From assembly GCA_032718475.1 (NCBI GenBank), contig JAUCBJ010008748.1, positions 1 through 64,000 on the forward strand: a DNA stretch of 64,000 nt, given 5' to 3'. The notes below the pieces were generated by a model. It made no database searches. It was not told the DNA's origin and saw only the letters and a list, made by a program, of their open reading frames with translations. This stretch comes from Nemertoderma westbladi. Taxonomy: Eukaryota; Animalia; Xenacoelomorpha. The position numbers were made by a program, and so were the translations under genes. The first letter of the stretch is position 1, and every line of letters starts with the position of its first letter. Of the stretch, positions 37,924 through 51,930 are shown one piece after another.

Positions 37924-40185
37924 CTATCTTTTGATCAATTTGCTTATTTCCAAAAATTTGGTGCTGTCACAACAATTGAAACCCTGAAACCATTCATTTA
38001 GCTCAAATTCTTCAGAGTCCAATGTTTCAGTTTCGGGTTTCTCCTCCAAAGTATCGCGATAATTTACTCTAAGCACATTTATACGCTTATTCATATCTAT
38101 AAAATGGTTACGAATTACCTGCAACTTATCATATAGGGATGTCAGAGTTCTAAACTGTCTCTCTTTGGTCGCTATACTCACCAACTTATGTAAATTGATT
38201 GTTTGCAGGTGTAACAGCTGATCATTATTCATCCAGCATTCCGGCTAAATCTGCCGGCTCATGGGTTCCACTGTCTAGGCATTTGGTTAATTTATTTGTC
38301 GCCTTGGTTACCTTACCCATGTAACCAACCACCTGCACTTTTTTTAATTGTAGGATGCCTCAAGGATGTGTTACTATCGTCACTGCTGTCAGCATCAGGG
38401 ATTTCATCATCAGGGTGTCGAGCAGCACCCTGAACTATAAACCCAGAAGCAGGGACGATACCTACTGTCTGTGTGGTAGGGGCACTAATAGTCTCAATTA
38501 CGTCAGGTGTGGTGACGTTTAATTGCTAACTGGACTCGTCAGCAGTCTCACATTGTTCTGTTACCGGAACGTCGGTATTTGTTGTTTGACTCATTTTCGG
38601 AATTTTATCTTTTATATTGATTAAAATTTTTTAATTTAAATTTTAATTCAATTTAACGAAATTCCTTGCTTGTTGTAATAGTTTACAAATTATTACACCA
38701 ATTTAATTGTGAATTCAAATAAAACAAACTTTCACAACTCAATTAATTTCTAATTATCTTATATTTTATTTATTTCATAAAATATAGCCTTGGCTCGACT
38801 TTATGAGACCCTGGATGGTGGGACAATAAGATACAACAAAGGAAAGTAATTTAAAATTGTACTTAAAAAATTACACCAAATTTATTTTATATGCACAAGT
38901 GCCACAAATACTGTGCATAAGTATTTTAACAAACCTTCAAACAGCCACAAATAAACTATAGATCCCACAAGCACAATCCTATCGACACTACGACCAACCT
39001 GGGATTGATGCTAACGACGCCGTCCCACGTCCCAACCTCGTCAATGATCAGTTCACTTGCGTACCAAGTCAAACGTCCCCAGATCCCGGATTGGTTGTGG
39101 TGATGAAAGTGATGTTCCTGTAAGCTGTATTAGAGAATTAGATGGCTGTCTGGTAGATTTACCCTAAATTTATCCTGACAATTTCGACCGAAATATAAAT
39201 TCTTAATTTCATTTAAATCTTATAATGCAGCCCTTTTTGGCAATACAAACTTCCAAACTTGATACAAACTTCACTCAATGGCGGCGCTATAGCAACTCTG
39301 TGATTTATTTATTATTTTTTATTTTTTACATCGCAAATCAGCTAAGAATTGGCTAAAAAGATTTCGCTAAAGCACATTGCAGATTTATTAACATAATAAC
39401 CACTGTTGAATACGTATTAAAATTATCGCAATACGTATCAGTTTCGAAAGAAAACAAAACATTAAACCGGTCTATATAAAGCTCAACAAGGAAACTCCAG
39501 TTGGTGAGGAATCCCTGCTAATATTATCAACTTTATTAAAACAATTTACTAGCGTGATGGCCCCTTATCCACCACATATACTGCAAACTAAACTGCCGAT
39601 AGGTAAGGGTTGTATCGAGTACAATTTGTAAACAAACAAAATATAAACACAATTTATCCTAAATTTTCCCGCTACAACAAATTCTCTATATTTCTATACA
39701 CCGCACCGCTGTCGACGGTAGTAAAGGAAGGAAATTATAACGCAATACTAAACCTGGTTATCTCGTGGATAAATTTGCCGATATTCTCGAATTTTTCGCT
39801 TCTACTCTGTAAAGTAACTGTAAGAGTGTCAAACTAATGATTGTGAGAGATGATTAACACTATCTAAATACCCCAAATACATTTACTGCTGGACTGTGAA
39901 TAATGCTGTAGCTGAAACTTGGTATATAAGCTTACTCAACCCAAACAAAAGGTCAAAATAAATAAAGATGATATGAAATGAATGTTAGTATCCCAATAAG
40001 ACCCAAACCTAAGTCAAAACAATGAGCGCTGATACCAAATATATCTACACTCTCCCTCCTTTGCACTTCCGTGCTGCCTGTGTGGTTATTATGATGGGGT
40101 ATCCCGGTTCAATTTGGCCCAAAACCCAAGTACAGGAAATAGTTAAAGCACCAGTTAACCTAATAGAATTGTGTCCATAGCTTTC
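37924..40185 (-). mobile_element. Decayed LTR retrotransposon, probably BEL/Pao (BEL-E): internal 3' end, PPT, LTR (40049-38804), gag start
   Basis: Minus strand reads AAAGGAGGGAGAG|TGTAGA...TCTCA, then TAAAGTCGAGCCA, then ATG at 38595 and a GYMGKVTKATNKL helical segment like BEL-A AHAGHITRTTDKV. Only one LTR present. Confidence 0.55.
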
Positions 40186-40418
40186 CCTTACTCTTTTCGA
40201 ATGTGTTGTTTGTTGGTATCAATTCACATTCTTCCATTAGGTCTAAGAGTAAGTACCCATTTCTGTTAGAACTGGTATAGGTGTAACCCTTGATGTTTTC
40301 TGGGCCAATTTGCGCATTCAGGTCACCAGCAATGACTTTAACATTGTGTTTCGGGATGTCCTTAATAAGTCCAGTCAGTTCTTCATAAAACTTGACTGCT
40401 TGTTCTGGCTCTGATACT
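40186..40418 (-). pseudogene. APE endonuclease fragment of an RTE-type LINE
   Basis: Minus strand: KFYEELTGLIKDIPKHNVKVIAGDLNAQIG...SNRNGYLLLDLMEECELIPTNNTFEKSKGKLWT. Confidence 0.88.
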
Positions 40419-40662
40419 TAATACATAATTACATAATTAATGTATGTACAATAAAAATAAAATAAAAACAGTTGGTTTTTTATATTTTTAAGTCCAACAC
40501 CTAAATGAACGTATCTTTATATAGGCCTAATCTATAAAAAGTATTAATTATTTTAATTGTAATATTCTTCATCACAGCAGCCAGTGGCGCATTCTATTGA
40601 TTGTATCGCATTCGGTGTTAGGTAGATTGGCTGCTACGTATTCAGGTAGACACATCGGTATT

Positions 40663-43600
40663 AATGACGTTGGAAGTGTGAATACTGAAGCCAAGTCGTG
40701 GATTTTTGGAACTGGAATATGACGCAGCGTCAACGTGTATTGTTACCAAGCTAGCAATTTGGCGAAAGTAATTCAGTTTTTGATTGGCTGGCTACTACAG
40801 CTGTGTCAGGGAGTCCGCCGCCGTAGTCTAAGGTCGAAGTGATAAAATTGTTATAGATTATCATCATTCGAATACAATAAATTATAAATTAATGTGTAAA
40901 TTTACACAGTGTCGTGCGGGCGCACAGGCAAACACAAAAGCAAAACATCAGGGCGTACTCAGGGCGAAATTTGGGTGGAAACTTGAATTAACAGAAAGAT
41001 GGTATCCCCCCTGAGTACTTTAAAGTACAACGTACAAGTACACGTACAAGTACAAGTCAACTGCTCCTCAGCTTATTGGAACAGGCTGATTCCAGTGTTG
41101 GTCTTTTTTAACTCAAAAAGTACCAATATTCTGACAGTTAACTTCGACAGTAGTCCTCAGGATATGCCTCATTGTTTAAGCATAAGCTCAAAGCATTGAA
41201 TATGATTGAACATGAACAACATCTGTTATCTGGGAACATGGATCCTGAAGTCAGGTGAGGACCTTCGCATACGTAAGGGAAAGGAATAGGCAGCAATGAA
41301 TTGGCTTTCAGGGGTTTGGAAGTCACACAGAATTCATCGGAAACGTAAGGTCCGATTATTTAGAGCAGCAGTAGTTCCAGTACTCCTCTATGGGAGTCCA
41401 TGCTAGGCTCTAACTGATGAGGACACCAAATCTTTGGATGGCACATTCACAATGATGCTACGCCGGGTTCATTGTGTCCAGTACAATGCAAACATCTCCA
41501 ACCAGACTCTATATAACATTGGAGGTGTCTCATTGTTTCCCCCAAGCTTGACACTAGAACAAAGTCGCCTCCGCTTTGCAGGACATTGCTTTCGACATGA
41601 AGACCAGCCAGTGCATAATCTTGTGCTTTGACAGCCAAGTGGAGTGAATAAGCATGGTGGACAGCCCATGACTTTCTTGAGACGCATCTTAAAGGACACT
41701 GGCCTTAAAGATGCGGATGATCTAGCAAATGTCATGGGTGATAGGGAGTTGTTGAGGCGCAATTTTGTCGACAAGCCGGCACAGCATTCTTAAAAATGCA
41801 GCATTGTATAACATTGGACGATTCAATGGCAAATGCCATTGAATATTTAATGCCGATTTTTAAATTTTAATGGCAAAACTGAACTACACAAACATTGAAT
41901 ATATACAATTGCTTTGATATGTTGTGGCACATAGACGCAGTGTTCAATCAACTAACCTTGTAGTAAAGGACATATCTTCCATGCTGCAATCTCGCCTCGT
42001 TGCATATATTGACCCACCAAACTTCAAAAAAAACATGTTGATGATTGAGGATCCCCTCCAAAAATTAGGAGAATGAAATATGGAATGAGAAACGCGCCTG
42101 AAAATATAAACTATTAACATTGGAGGTGTCTCATTGGTTCTCCCAAGCTTGACACTTGAACAAAGCCGCCTCCGCTTTGCAGGATATCACTTTCTCCATG
42201 AGGATAAACCTAAGCACAATCTTGTGATTTGGCTGCCCCATGGGGAAGTAAACCACCTATTCTAAAGTATTTGTAATGACATAACAATGATAAACACATT
42301 ACTTCAAATTATTATTTCGGTAATAATAACACTTCAATTTAACAAATAAATCACTTAATTAATGTACAATAAATATACTAATTTATTATCCTTCCCATCT
42401 CTAGATATAGTTTATCGACGTCACAGGTAGCATTCACCCGTTAAATAAGTGATTTTCGAACCAGCGATAGATACCTGTAAGGCGTACTTTATTAATTGCC
42501 AAATGAAATAATATATTTAAGAGAAAATATATTTGAATTATTGTTTTTTTAAGAAGATAGTATATAATGTAGTTGTATATACTTTACTCAGGCAAATAGT
42601 TAGTTGTTTTTTAGACCTTTTTATTATTTTTAAATTCCATCACCTAACATTCAAAAAGAAAGTAGATAGTCCTAGTCTATTTGAAGAATTAATTTTTAGT
42701 TGCAAAGGTCTTCATCACAGCAAGTTGTGCTACAAGAAGTGTCTTGGGGTACATTAAAGGCGCTTATTGCTGCAGCACAAATGTAGGTCTCTATTGTGTC
42801 GCATTCAGTGTCAGATAGGTAATCTTCTGAGTCTTTAAGTAAATACATCGGCATTGTGGTTGGAGGGATTCCGCCATGGTGGTCTATGGTCGGTCATAGT
42901 CTGAAATAATAACATTGTCGTGCAATAAACCAACAGAAGAATACATTTCAAACACAAGAAATAAAATAAAAATAAACTAGAAAGCTATCAAGATTGCTTT
43001 AAAAGAAACTGCCTTTTGGGACTCTGAATAAGCGCTAACTTTCCCGAGTGCCAAACTCTTATAATAATAGATACGCATCCACTCGATCCGTGCATTCGAG
43101 GGACCATGTTTATCTTTAAGTGAAACCAATTTTTGTGACAATTCTGGTGATAATTAATTCACATTTAATGCACATTCTAAAAAGAACTAAAATATTAAAA
43201 CGTTGTTCCTTTTTGTTGTTTCAGTTGGTTTTTATCGGAAGTTTATTGATTATAAAACAATATTATTAATTAATCTATATCTTTCATATTTACTACTACT
43301 ACTACTACTACGGCATGCTGTATGCTGTATTGTAGCTGCATTTTTAAGAATGCTGTGCCGGCTTGTCGACAAAATTGCGCCGCCACAACTCCCTATCGCC
43401 CATGACATTTGCTAGATCATCCGCATCTTCAAGGCCAGTGTCCTTTAAGATGCGTCTCAAGAAAGTCATGGGCTGTCCACCATGCTTATTCACTCCATGA
43501 GGCTGCCAAAGTACAAAATTTAATGCACTGGCTGGTCCTCACGGCGAAATGTTCTGCAAAGCGGAGGCGATATTGTTCTAGTGTCAAGCTTGCGGGAAAA

Positions 43601-43842
43601 AATGAGACACCTATGTTATTGGATAAATAATATCATATTTATTAAGACAACAAAAAAGTACAGGTCAGGCTATAGAAAAAATTTATATGATATTTTCTTC
43701 TTGTAAAATAAAGTTTTTGTATACATAAGGTTCACATTACGTATGCTAAATAAGAAAATAAATATTATTTTAAACACCATAAAAGCCCCACAATGGAGGA
43801 AAAAAATTGGATACTGATTATTAAATCTTGCAACGTAACAGT
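40663..43842. repeat. Segmental duplication copy 2; RTE fragments at ~41056-41802 (+), 42115-42243 (+) and 43291-43611 (-)
   Basis: Colinear with 30431-34571; ends where the BEL-C LTR is inserted. Confidence 0.9.
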
Positions 43843-45560
43843 TGTAAGCGGATTCAATTCCGCCTCATTACCCACCAGAAAATGGGATGGTGGCATTTTC
43901 AGCAGTAATATTAATCTCGTATCACAACCAACATTTGAGGGGGGGGGGGGGGGGGGGCAACACAAGCCCCGAAGCCACACACAAAGGAAGGTTAGAGGTC
44001 AAACCACCTCGGAGGGGACACAGCTAGTAGAGGCTACCAGCAGAGGGGAAACACTCCCAAAGAGTGAAAGGGTGACAAGTAGGTTAGTAGCCAATAAGGG
44101 GGAGGAAAGCCCATGATAGGGCATATAAGAGCATCCATTAGGTAACGGGCCAAGGTAGCGTAGGTGGTGAAGTAATATACAATATATCAATCATATATTA
44201 CCTCCTGCTACCGGTCCGTGATTCAGTTTACTTAGTTTCTCGGTTAGTGCAGATCGGTATCAGTTGTTTACCTTCATCGTTTACTGATACAGCATACTGG
44301 TACACATCACATCTGTACTTCTACCACGAGTTATTGTGCTATTGTTATTTTATGATATCAAAGAGACAACACAGGACTCTCATTGTTTTCATGCAACGGC
44401 CTCGGCCAAGTTATTTAGCACCATCCCAGCATCCCTGTGGTAGAGCAGTGACGTGTAAAACATCAACCCGGTCGGGATCTTCGATCCCGTCACAGTAAAC
44501 AATTGCATAAAACCACTAAACTGTGACTGCAGTAAAGTAAAGTAAAGATGAGCCAAGGGGAACCCTGATTATCTGAGGGAGAGAGGACGCTGCCGCGGAC
44601 CCCGGATGACACCAACCAAACGATCCGCGAGGCCGCGACTAGACGGTATCGACCTGCGATGCCGGATTTGCCGACGAGGACGATCCAGTACCCCAAGCGG
44701 AGGGCGGAGGCCATCAACCACGAGGGAGGGACGAGTCGACGCACGACGGCGGTCGGAGTACCGAAGTCGCCGGCCAGCCACATGCCGAGGGCAACGGATG
44801 GCCCACCGGAACGGCGACGGTGGGGCCGCAGGTACGACGCCGAACGAGGAGAGGAGGAGGTGATGTTGGCGAAGAAGACGTCAGGACGAGCGATCGGCTA
44901 CGACGGGCCTACAACGCCACGAAGAAACTATTAAAGGAGGCCAGAGAGGGAGGAAAGGTAAACCAGCCTAAGTTACACCAACAACTAGGTGAGTCGAACA
45001 AACATTTTCGGTATTTGGTCCGTTTTGGACAGGGAGAACTGGCGAGTGAGAGAGCGAGGGAGGTCGCCACCGAACTATTCGAACTGTGGCGATCCGGGGT
45101 TATGGAGCCTGAAGTAGTGTACGTAGGGCCGTACTTAGTGGATTCTAGGGGAATTAAGTTAGTGGGTTGGGCGGATCCGCACGAGGGCGAACCCGAGGCT
45201 AACCCCGAGGATTCGGTCTCGTCGGTTAGCGAGAACCCCAGAAAGCGGGGGAAAGTTAGTTGGACAGAAAGGCGACAGGACTCCGTCGCGACCGATAAGC
45301 CCGCTACATCCTCCGCAAAAGCAAGAAGGGTGTTAGAGATAGATCTGGCGTGTCAACTGGCCATGGTGGCGCTAGACCAGAAAGAATTAGAGAGGGAGTT
45401 AGATGAGGGAACTGCGCTGTTAGAGAAAGAGAGAGGACGAGGGAGTGTAGAGAGAGGGCCGAGAGGGTGGCGAGGAATTGTAGAGAGCAAGAAGAGAGAG
45501 AGACGAACGAGCGTAAAGAGCGAGAGGTGAAAGTAGAGAACGAGTGTAAAGAGCGAGAGG
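43843..45560 (+). mobile_element. BEL/Pao element (BEL-C): 5' LTR 43843-44494 and disrupted gag N-terminus from 44548
   Basis: Homology with the duplicated block breaks exactly at TGTAAG (43843); LTR end GTCACA is inferred. PEDSVSSVS...SSAKARR plus coiled coil is typical of BEL gag N-termini. No 3' LTR in window. Confidence 0.7.
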
Positions 45561-45912
45561 TGTCCTAAATTACAGATAATAATTATACTGTATTTAGGAT
45601 TGAAGTAATATTTTAGTACCACATATTTTTTCTATACATATGGCTGACTGCTTGATTATATTCTTACTAACCAACTACAGAAGGACGTGTCGTTTCCTTG
45701 TTCTGCCTTTCAGTCATTTTCATACAGTCATACACAGACTGTGTCTGTCTGTGTTATACTTACTGGTAATACCGTTAATTATTATGTACTGAACTATAAT
45801 TATCATATTTACCTAAATGCTAATCAGTTTATTATATATGTTATTATTAAGTAAGAAAGATTTTAATACAATGAAAAAACAGTTTTACAGAACCAGCCTG
45901 GATTTTGCACAT

Positions 45913-45926
45913 TGGTGCCTGGACCA
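45913..45926 (+). other. Canonical primer-binding site, probably tRNA-His
   Basis: TGGTGCCTGGACCA versus the recalled tRNA-His complement TGGTGCCGTGACCA (12/14), 1 nt after the LTR end. Confidence 0.7.
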
Positions 45927-46551
45927 CTGTACTGCTGTAATGTTGGTGTACCTGTAACAGTGTAAAGCCAGAAAGCTGAAGATTGGGCATACCGGTACTA
46001 ATTGACCAACAGCCTACCGTTATCGTACCGTTTTGCGTAATTATAACCAGTCAGCCAGTGTGCCCGTGGTAATACTGAATACTGGACATTGGACTGTCGG
46101 ATGGTAACCCTACAGCCCTATCTGTCATCTGTCTATTTATTTACCATCCATATGCTGAATGCTGGTATAAGACCAAACTGATGGAATCAAAGTCGGTACT
46201 TATTGTTGAAACTGTACTACATTCTGGCATTACTGGTATTTCTTCTTGCCGCTCATTACTGGCTGCATAAACTGCAGTCTGGCAGTGAACTGAACTATAA
46301 TGCTGCTACACCGGTATCAAATTCTGAAGTTTACAAATTGCGAAATTTTAAATTCCTAAATTTATCACCATCTCTAACTATAATATACATACCGGTATGC
46401 ATTGCAAAAGTGCCCTACTGGAATAATGAATATTGAATACCGGTACGCAGTACCAGTATAATATAAATAATATTTTAATTTATAAACACAACGCAATTTA
46501 CTGAGCCATTATCTGATTATTATTCTGTGATATAGCCTAAACTAAATCTCA

Positions 46552-49500
46552 ATGGCTGAAACTTTAGCCAAACTAAAGAGCAAACGCGGTGGTCACCGTG
46601 CCATGGTGACTAAGTTGTGAGATGAGCTATATCCTTTATTGTTTGTTGATGCTGATGCAAAGATAGCTATCGAAAACCCTGATGTAGATCACATTATCGA
46701 TGTTACTACATCATTGCGAGACCAACAATCTAAGATTCTAGATTTAAATGAACACATTTTAAGCCTAGTCCCCACTGAGACTGAGGTAGTATCAGAAAAA
46801 AAAAAAATTGTCGAGATGACCGTCGAATGTCATCAGCACTCCGTATAGTTGATACATTCCTTAATCCAAGTCCTCCCAAATGCGAAGTAGGTAATGACAG
46901 ATCATCCAATCATGATTCATCTATGCTTAATGATAATCAAATTGGTCGAGTTAGACAGCAAAAGCTACCGAGTTTAAAGTTGCCAACATTTTCTGGCAAC
47001 CCCATAGACTGGCCCAATTTTTGGGACAGATTTGTTGATGCTGTAGATAAACACCAAGATATTGCAGGTGCTACAAAATTCACATATCTGGAAGGACAAC
47101 TAACTGGTGAAGCTGCGCGCTTAGTTGATAACTTCCAACGCACAAATGAAGACTATAATGAAGCTGTAATGTTGTTAAAGAATACTTATGGTAGAAAGGA
47201 AGTTATACTTCGTGCACGTTTAAATACAATATTTCACCTGTCATCACCTAAACCTATAGTAGCTGATCTAGCATTATTCCGTGCCACTTATGAAGCACAA
47301 GTCCGTGGTATAAAGGCATTGGGTTATAACATTGATGATGCTGGTTACGTTTATGCAGAACTTATTGTACGCAAACTTCCGGCTAAAATTCGCAGCAACA
47401 TTAATCGTGCTGCGAAATCAACACATTGGTCATTAGACGACTTACGTGTTGCACTTAGGGAGGAGATTGAGCAACTACATGCTGCTGAGTCGTCAGCACC
47501 ACATACTTATAGTTCAAATTTACTTGGTCGTTCTAGTGCAGATCACAAATCTCAGGTAAATTCAACTTTTCACCATCCTTCCAGTACTGGGTCAAGTACT
47601 GCAGGTTCATTGGTTACTGCTGCCAATGATACAGCTCCTTTTAAACAAGGTGGTAGTAATATAGTCCTACCTACCTGTTTCTTATGCAGAAGTTCACATT
47701 TTGCAAATAAATGTGACCGCTATTCAACAGCTGAGCTGAGACATGCTCGTGCTAAAGAGCTCAATGCTTGTACTAATTGTTTAAAGCCTGGACATACTGC
47801 TAGTAGATGTCCAAGTAAATATAGTTGTAGTATATGTCATAAACGACATCACACAGCACTTCACTTTAAACGTCGTACAACCAATATAAAATCAGGAGAA
47901 TCTCAGATGACTGCTTCAACTATAGCATCAGGTGTTTCATCTGCTTTACTTTTCTCGGCTATTGCACCAATCATAGTTGGAACTTCAACAAGAGATGGTC
48001 CTCCTGGTACTCATGAAGTAAGGGCATTACTAGACCCTGGTTCACAATGTTCATTTATATTGCGACGAATAGCAAATGCACTTAATTTATGCACCTCTCG
48101 GCGCATTATGATGTCTATTGATGGCATAAATGGGCCAGGTACAAAAGTCTACTATGACATTGTACAATTCAGCGTCGCTACATCTGACGGTCCAGTCCTG
48201 GTTAATGCACTTGTAGTGGACACACTTCCACATCGTCTACATACCACTGGTAGGGACGAACTTATTGAAACCCTTAAGCTCCAAGGTTTCTCCTTGGCTG
48301 ATCCACGAGGAGGAGATGATATTCCAGATCTAGGTCTGCTGATTGGTGTAGATCATTTTTTCTCATTTATTTATGCAAAAAAAATATATGATGGTTTATA
48401 TTGTATACCATCGAACTTAGGGGATATTATAGCTGGTTGTCTACCCACCAGTGAATCTATAAAAAGTGCTTCAAGTGCACTATGTAGTTTTACCTCAACT
48501 TCAAACATTGGACCTGAAGAGCATACCAACCCCGAAATGAATGCAGAGATTGCCTTCGATCGAATTTGGAGTCTAGATGCAATTGGCATAAATTATGAAG
48601 ACCCAGATCTATTGCATGAAGCAACTATTCTTAACTTTGAGCAATCTATACGATTCGAAAATGGTCATTATGTAGTAAAGTTCCCATGGCGACCTGATGC
48701 CCCAGTTTTGCCTACAAATATCCAGTTAGCTCGCAAGCGCTTATATGGTACATTGTCCAAACTCAGGAAAACACCTGAACTCCTACGTTGTTATCATAAT
48801 GTGATTATGAATCAACTAGAACGTGGATTTATTGAGAAGGTACCACTAGATTCTATCAATTTATCAAATAATGTTCCTCAAGTACATTACCTTGCTCATC
48901 ATGGGGTCATGAAGCCAACATCTTCTACAACCCCATTAAGAGTTGTCTTTGATTGTTCTGCACGCTCAGGACCACATAAACCGAGTCTTAATGACTGCCT
49001 ATATACTGGTCCATCATTGAGTCAAATGCTGGTATCATTATTAATGAAAATTCGCTGTAATAAATGGGCGTCAGTAGCTGATATAGAGAAAGCATTCCTC
49101 CAGATTGGAGTTGAAGAAGTCGATCGTAATGTTACTCGATTCTTTTGGCCCAGTAATCCAGAAGATGAGTCTAGCCCATGGGATGTTTACAGATTCCGTG
49201 TCGTGTTGTTTGGGGCTACATGCTCTCAATTTCTACTCAACGCAACAATACGACACCATGTGAAATCTACTCTAATAAAATCAAATGATGAAATCACTTT
49301 AGCCAAACGTATTATTGACAATATCTATGTAGATAACCTTCAGGCTACTGATGAAAGCGAAGACAGTTTGATATCTTATTATCGCAAATGCTGCGACGTT
49401 CTCATTGCTGGTGGATTCCCATTAAACTAATCCTCACTAATTCACCTAAATTACAACAAGTTATTGACAAAGATAACAATGGTCCCAAAGTCACAAATAC

Positions 49501-49800
49501 TACTATATCCTTATTTGGGTTATTATGGGATACAAATACTGATGTTATTGGATTTCCCACCCTAGACATTGTGTCTCCAGATATTGTTACAAAACATGTT
49601 GTTTTGTGCTTGACTTCTAAGTTATATGATCCTAATGGCTGGTTATTTCCAGTAACCATCCGATCACGTATGTTCCTCCAACAGTTGTGGCAACGTGGGT
49701 TGTCATGGAAGGAACCCATTCCTGATGAATTTATGAAGGAATGGGAATCCATTATTAATGACTTAAATCTTGTAAAAGCCTTTGCTGAATTGCCCCGTTA
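46552..49800 (+). pseudogene. gag-pol: BEL-D gag-pol, disrupted and truncated before RNase H
   Basis: KSKRGGHRAMVTK, LPSLKLPTFSGNPIDWPNFWDRF, three zinc knuckles, LLDPGSQ, ADIEKAFLQ, YVDN, LYDPNGW. Confidence 0.93.
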
Positions 49801-51056
49801 TTTTTATTATTTTTACATTAAAATACTCTGTAGTTGATTTAATAGGTGTAAGAGACAGTATTATTGCTGTATCGGTGTTTTTTAGAGGATCTAAGAGCTA
49901 TTTCCTCCGTATGTGTACTGTGAAAGGCATAGTTGATGATTCTATGGCAATTCCGTGACGCAAAAGGTGATAGCTACTCTTGAACAGTAGTTACTATGAC
50001 GACGGTTAACAGCTGATATTCATACGTGTTGATTTTCTTTGTTCTACGGCATCTCTCAGTTCAGTCAGCCAATCAGAGCATTTTTATGGCTCTTGTACAG
50101 AAAATTCCTAGAAATCACTCAATGCATTATAGGCAGTGTTTACATTCAGTCCTGAGCCAGGAGAGAGCGGCTTGGAAATATTTTGTGCTTTTCTGTTTTA
50201 GCCTAACACTAGTAGGCTTAATTATAAGGACATATATCCGTTATCACTGAATCACTGTGCAACAAATCTAAACAAACCAAATCTGCATGTACCACACACT
50301 GGTGCATACTTTTATATTGTTATACTGCTATTTACTGTCGGTTCTTCATAATATGGTTGATGAATTATTATATTTGGAATAACGATAAATAACCCCGAAA
50401 CCCCAATATTCTTGATATACCGAAGGTAAGAGAGGAAGGTTACATATAACGATTGTGACTTATGTTAAAGTGGTTTGAAGTGAATCTAATGTTATTTGAT
50501 AGACCCTACATGAGTCGGTCCGTGTTCCTTTTATATGTGACTAAAATCAGTGAAGATCGGCAGATTAGTGTGCAGTATTGTGCAGCATTGTGTATGAGTG
50601 ATACTGATAACGAAGCATTTCCTAAAGAATGCGCCATATATGTGAATTATAACTAAGCCATATCGTTGTGAGTAGTTTAAGTCATAACTCTGTTTATATA
50701 GATAGAGCGCCACGTCCTAAAGGAACTGTTAATATTTCCCGAAGGTGAATAATATTGTCAGAGATTATATAATACTGTCAGTCGAATAATACATTAGGCT
50801 TACCTAGCAATAAGATTAAGCCGTCGAACCCAATCTCCCGGGTATATCCAGCGGGTGAATGATCGCGCACAGATTGGTTTCGACTAGTGTAGTGAATCAA
50901 ATACTTGTCATAGGCTAAAGGCGAATTATTATCTAGAAGACATCCTAATTTGGCGGGTTAAACTGCCAAAGGTCTGAAAGCGCGAACAATAACGGATATC
51001 GCTTCTTTATTGCAGTAAGCAATAAAGTTGAAAGTACCGGTCAACCGGTAAACCTG

Positions 51057-51183
51057 AACGGTACATCTGTAGGTCAGTAGGCCCAACTGCCAGAACCGGT
51101 ACTGCCGTAGGTCCGTAGGTCCAACTGCCAGAACCGGTACTTCTGTAGGTCCGTAGGCCCAACTGTCCTAACCGGTACTTCCC
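51057..51183. repeat. 38-bp tandem repeat, about 3.3 copies
   Basis: ACCGGTACTTCTGTAGGTCCGTAGGCCCAACTGCCAGA-like units at 51057, 51095, 51133 and 51171. Confidence 0.9.
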
Positions 51184-51351
51184 GTATAAGTACATTAGTA
51201 TTATTCGATTTGATTGTTGTATACCGGTAGGCTGTTTAAGAGATTAGGGACTGTACACCCCTTGTTTCTTTTGGAGCTTACTTATTTCTGTCAGTTTTAT
51301 TTGTTTGTAGGCCAGTATTGAACAGAAGGCGTGTAAGCCTGATCAGATTGT

Positions 51352-51930
51352 ACAGACAATTTGTAGGTTGAACTGTTGTCTGATTGCTGTTAAGTCTGAA
51401 CGGATTGCAGTGTATGTAGATCACCTGTCCGATAAAGAACGGTTAGGAAGTAGGGGCAGCCAATGCTGTAAGGTAAACCCCCAACTAAAGAATAAGTCGT
51501 ACTACTGGGTTAGAACGCATACTACCTAATCATTTCGGAGTCTGCATGTCCTGTAGTTTATTTAGGCTTGAGAGTAGTCTGCCATCGTTTAGTCTGTACT
51601 TTGTTTGTGTAAGTCTGTACGGGTAGCGTATAATATTTATTTAGATAATTTGTAGGCTGGATAGTTGTCTGGCTGTTATTAGGTCTGAACGGATTGCAGT
51701 GTATGTAGATCACCTGTCCGATAAAGAACGGTTAGGAAGTAGGGGCAGCCAATGCTGTAAGGTAAACCCCCAACTAAAGAATAAGTCGTACTACTGGGTT
51801 AGAACGCATACTACCTAATCATTTCGGAGTCTGCATGTCCTGTAGTTTATTTAGGCTTGATAGTAGTCTGTCAGTGTTTGGTCTGCATTTTGTTTGAGTG
51901 GTTTGTACGCGTAGCGTAATATTTATTATT
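51352..51930. repeat. 289-bp tandem duplication with an identical ~178-bp core
   Basis: 51394-51571 equals 51683-51860; the flanking parts of the units are diverged. Confidence 0.92.

Larger units (their letters stand above)
45561..49800 (+). mobile_element. BEL/Pao element (BEL-D, Tas-like), 3'-truncated; LTR 45561-45911
   Basis: TGTCC...TGCACA followed by T-TGGTGCCTGGACCA; inserted into the BEL-C gag. Confidence 0.85.

Noticed and set aside
43838-44496. Solo LTR with an ACAGT TSD
   Set aside because: The second ACAGT overlaps the LTR's own ACA end, and gag-like sequence follows rather than the flank seen at 34572.
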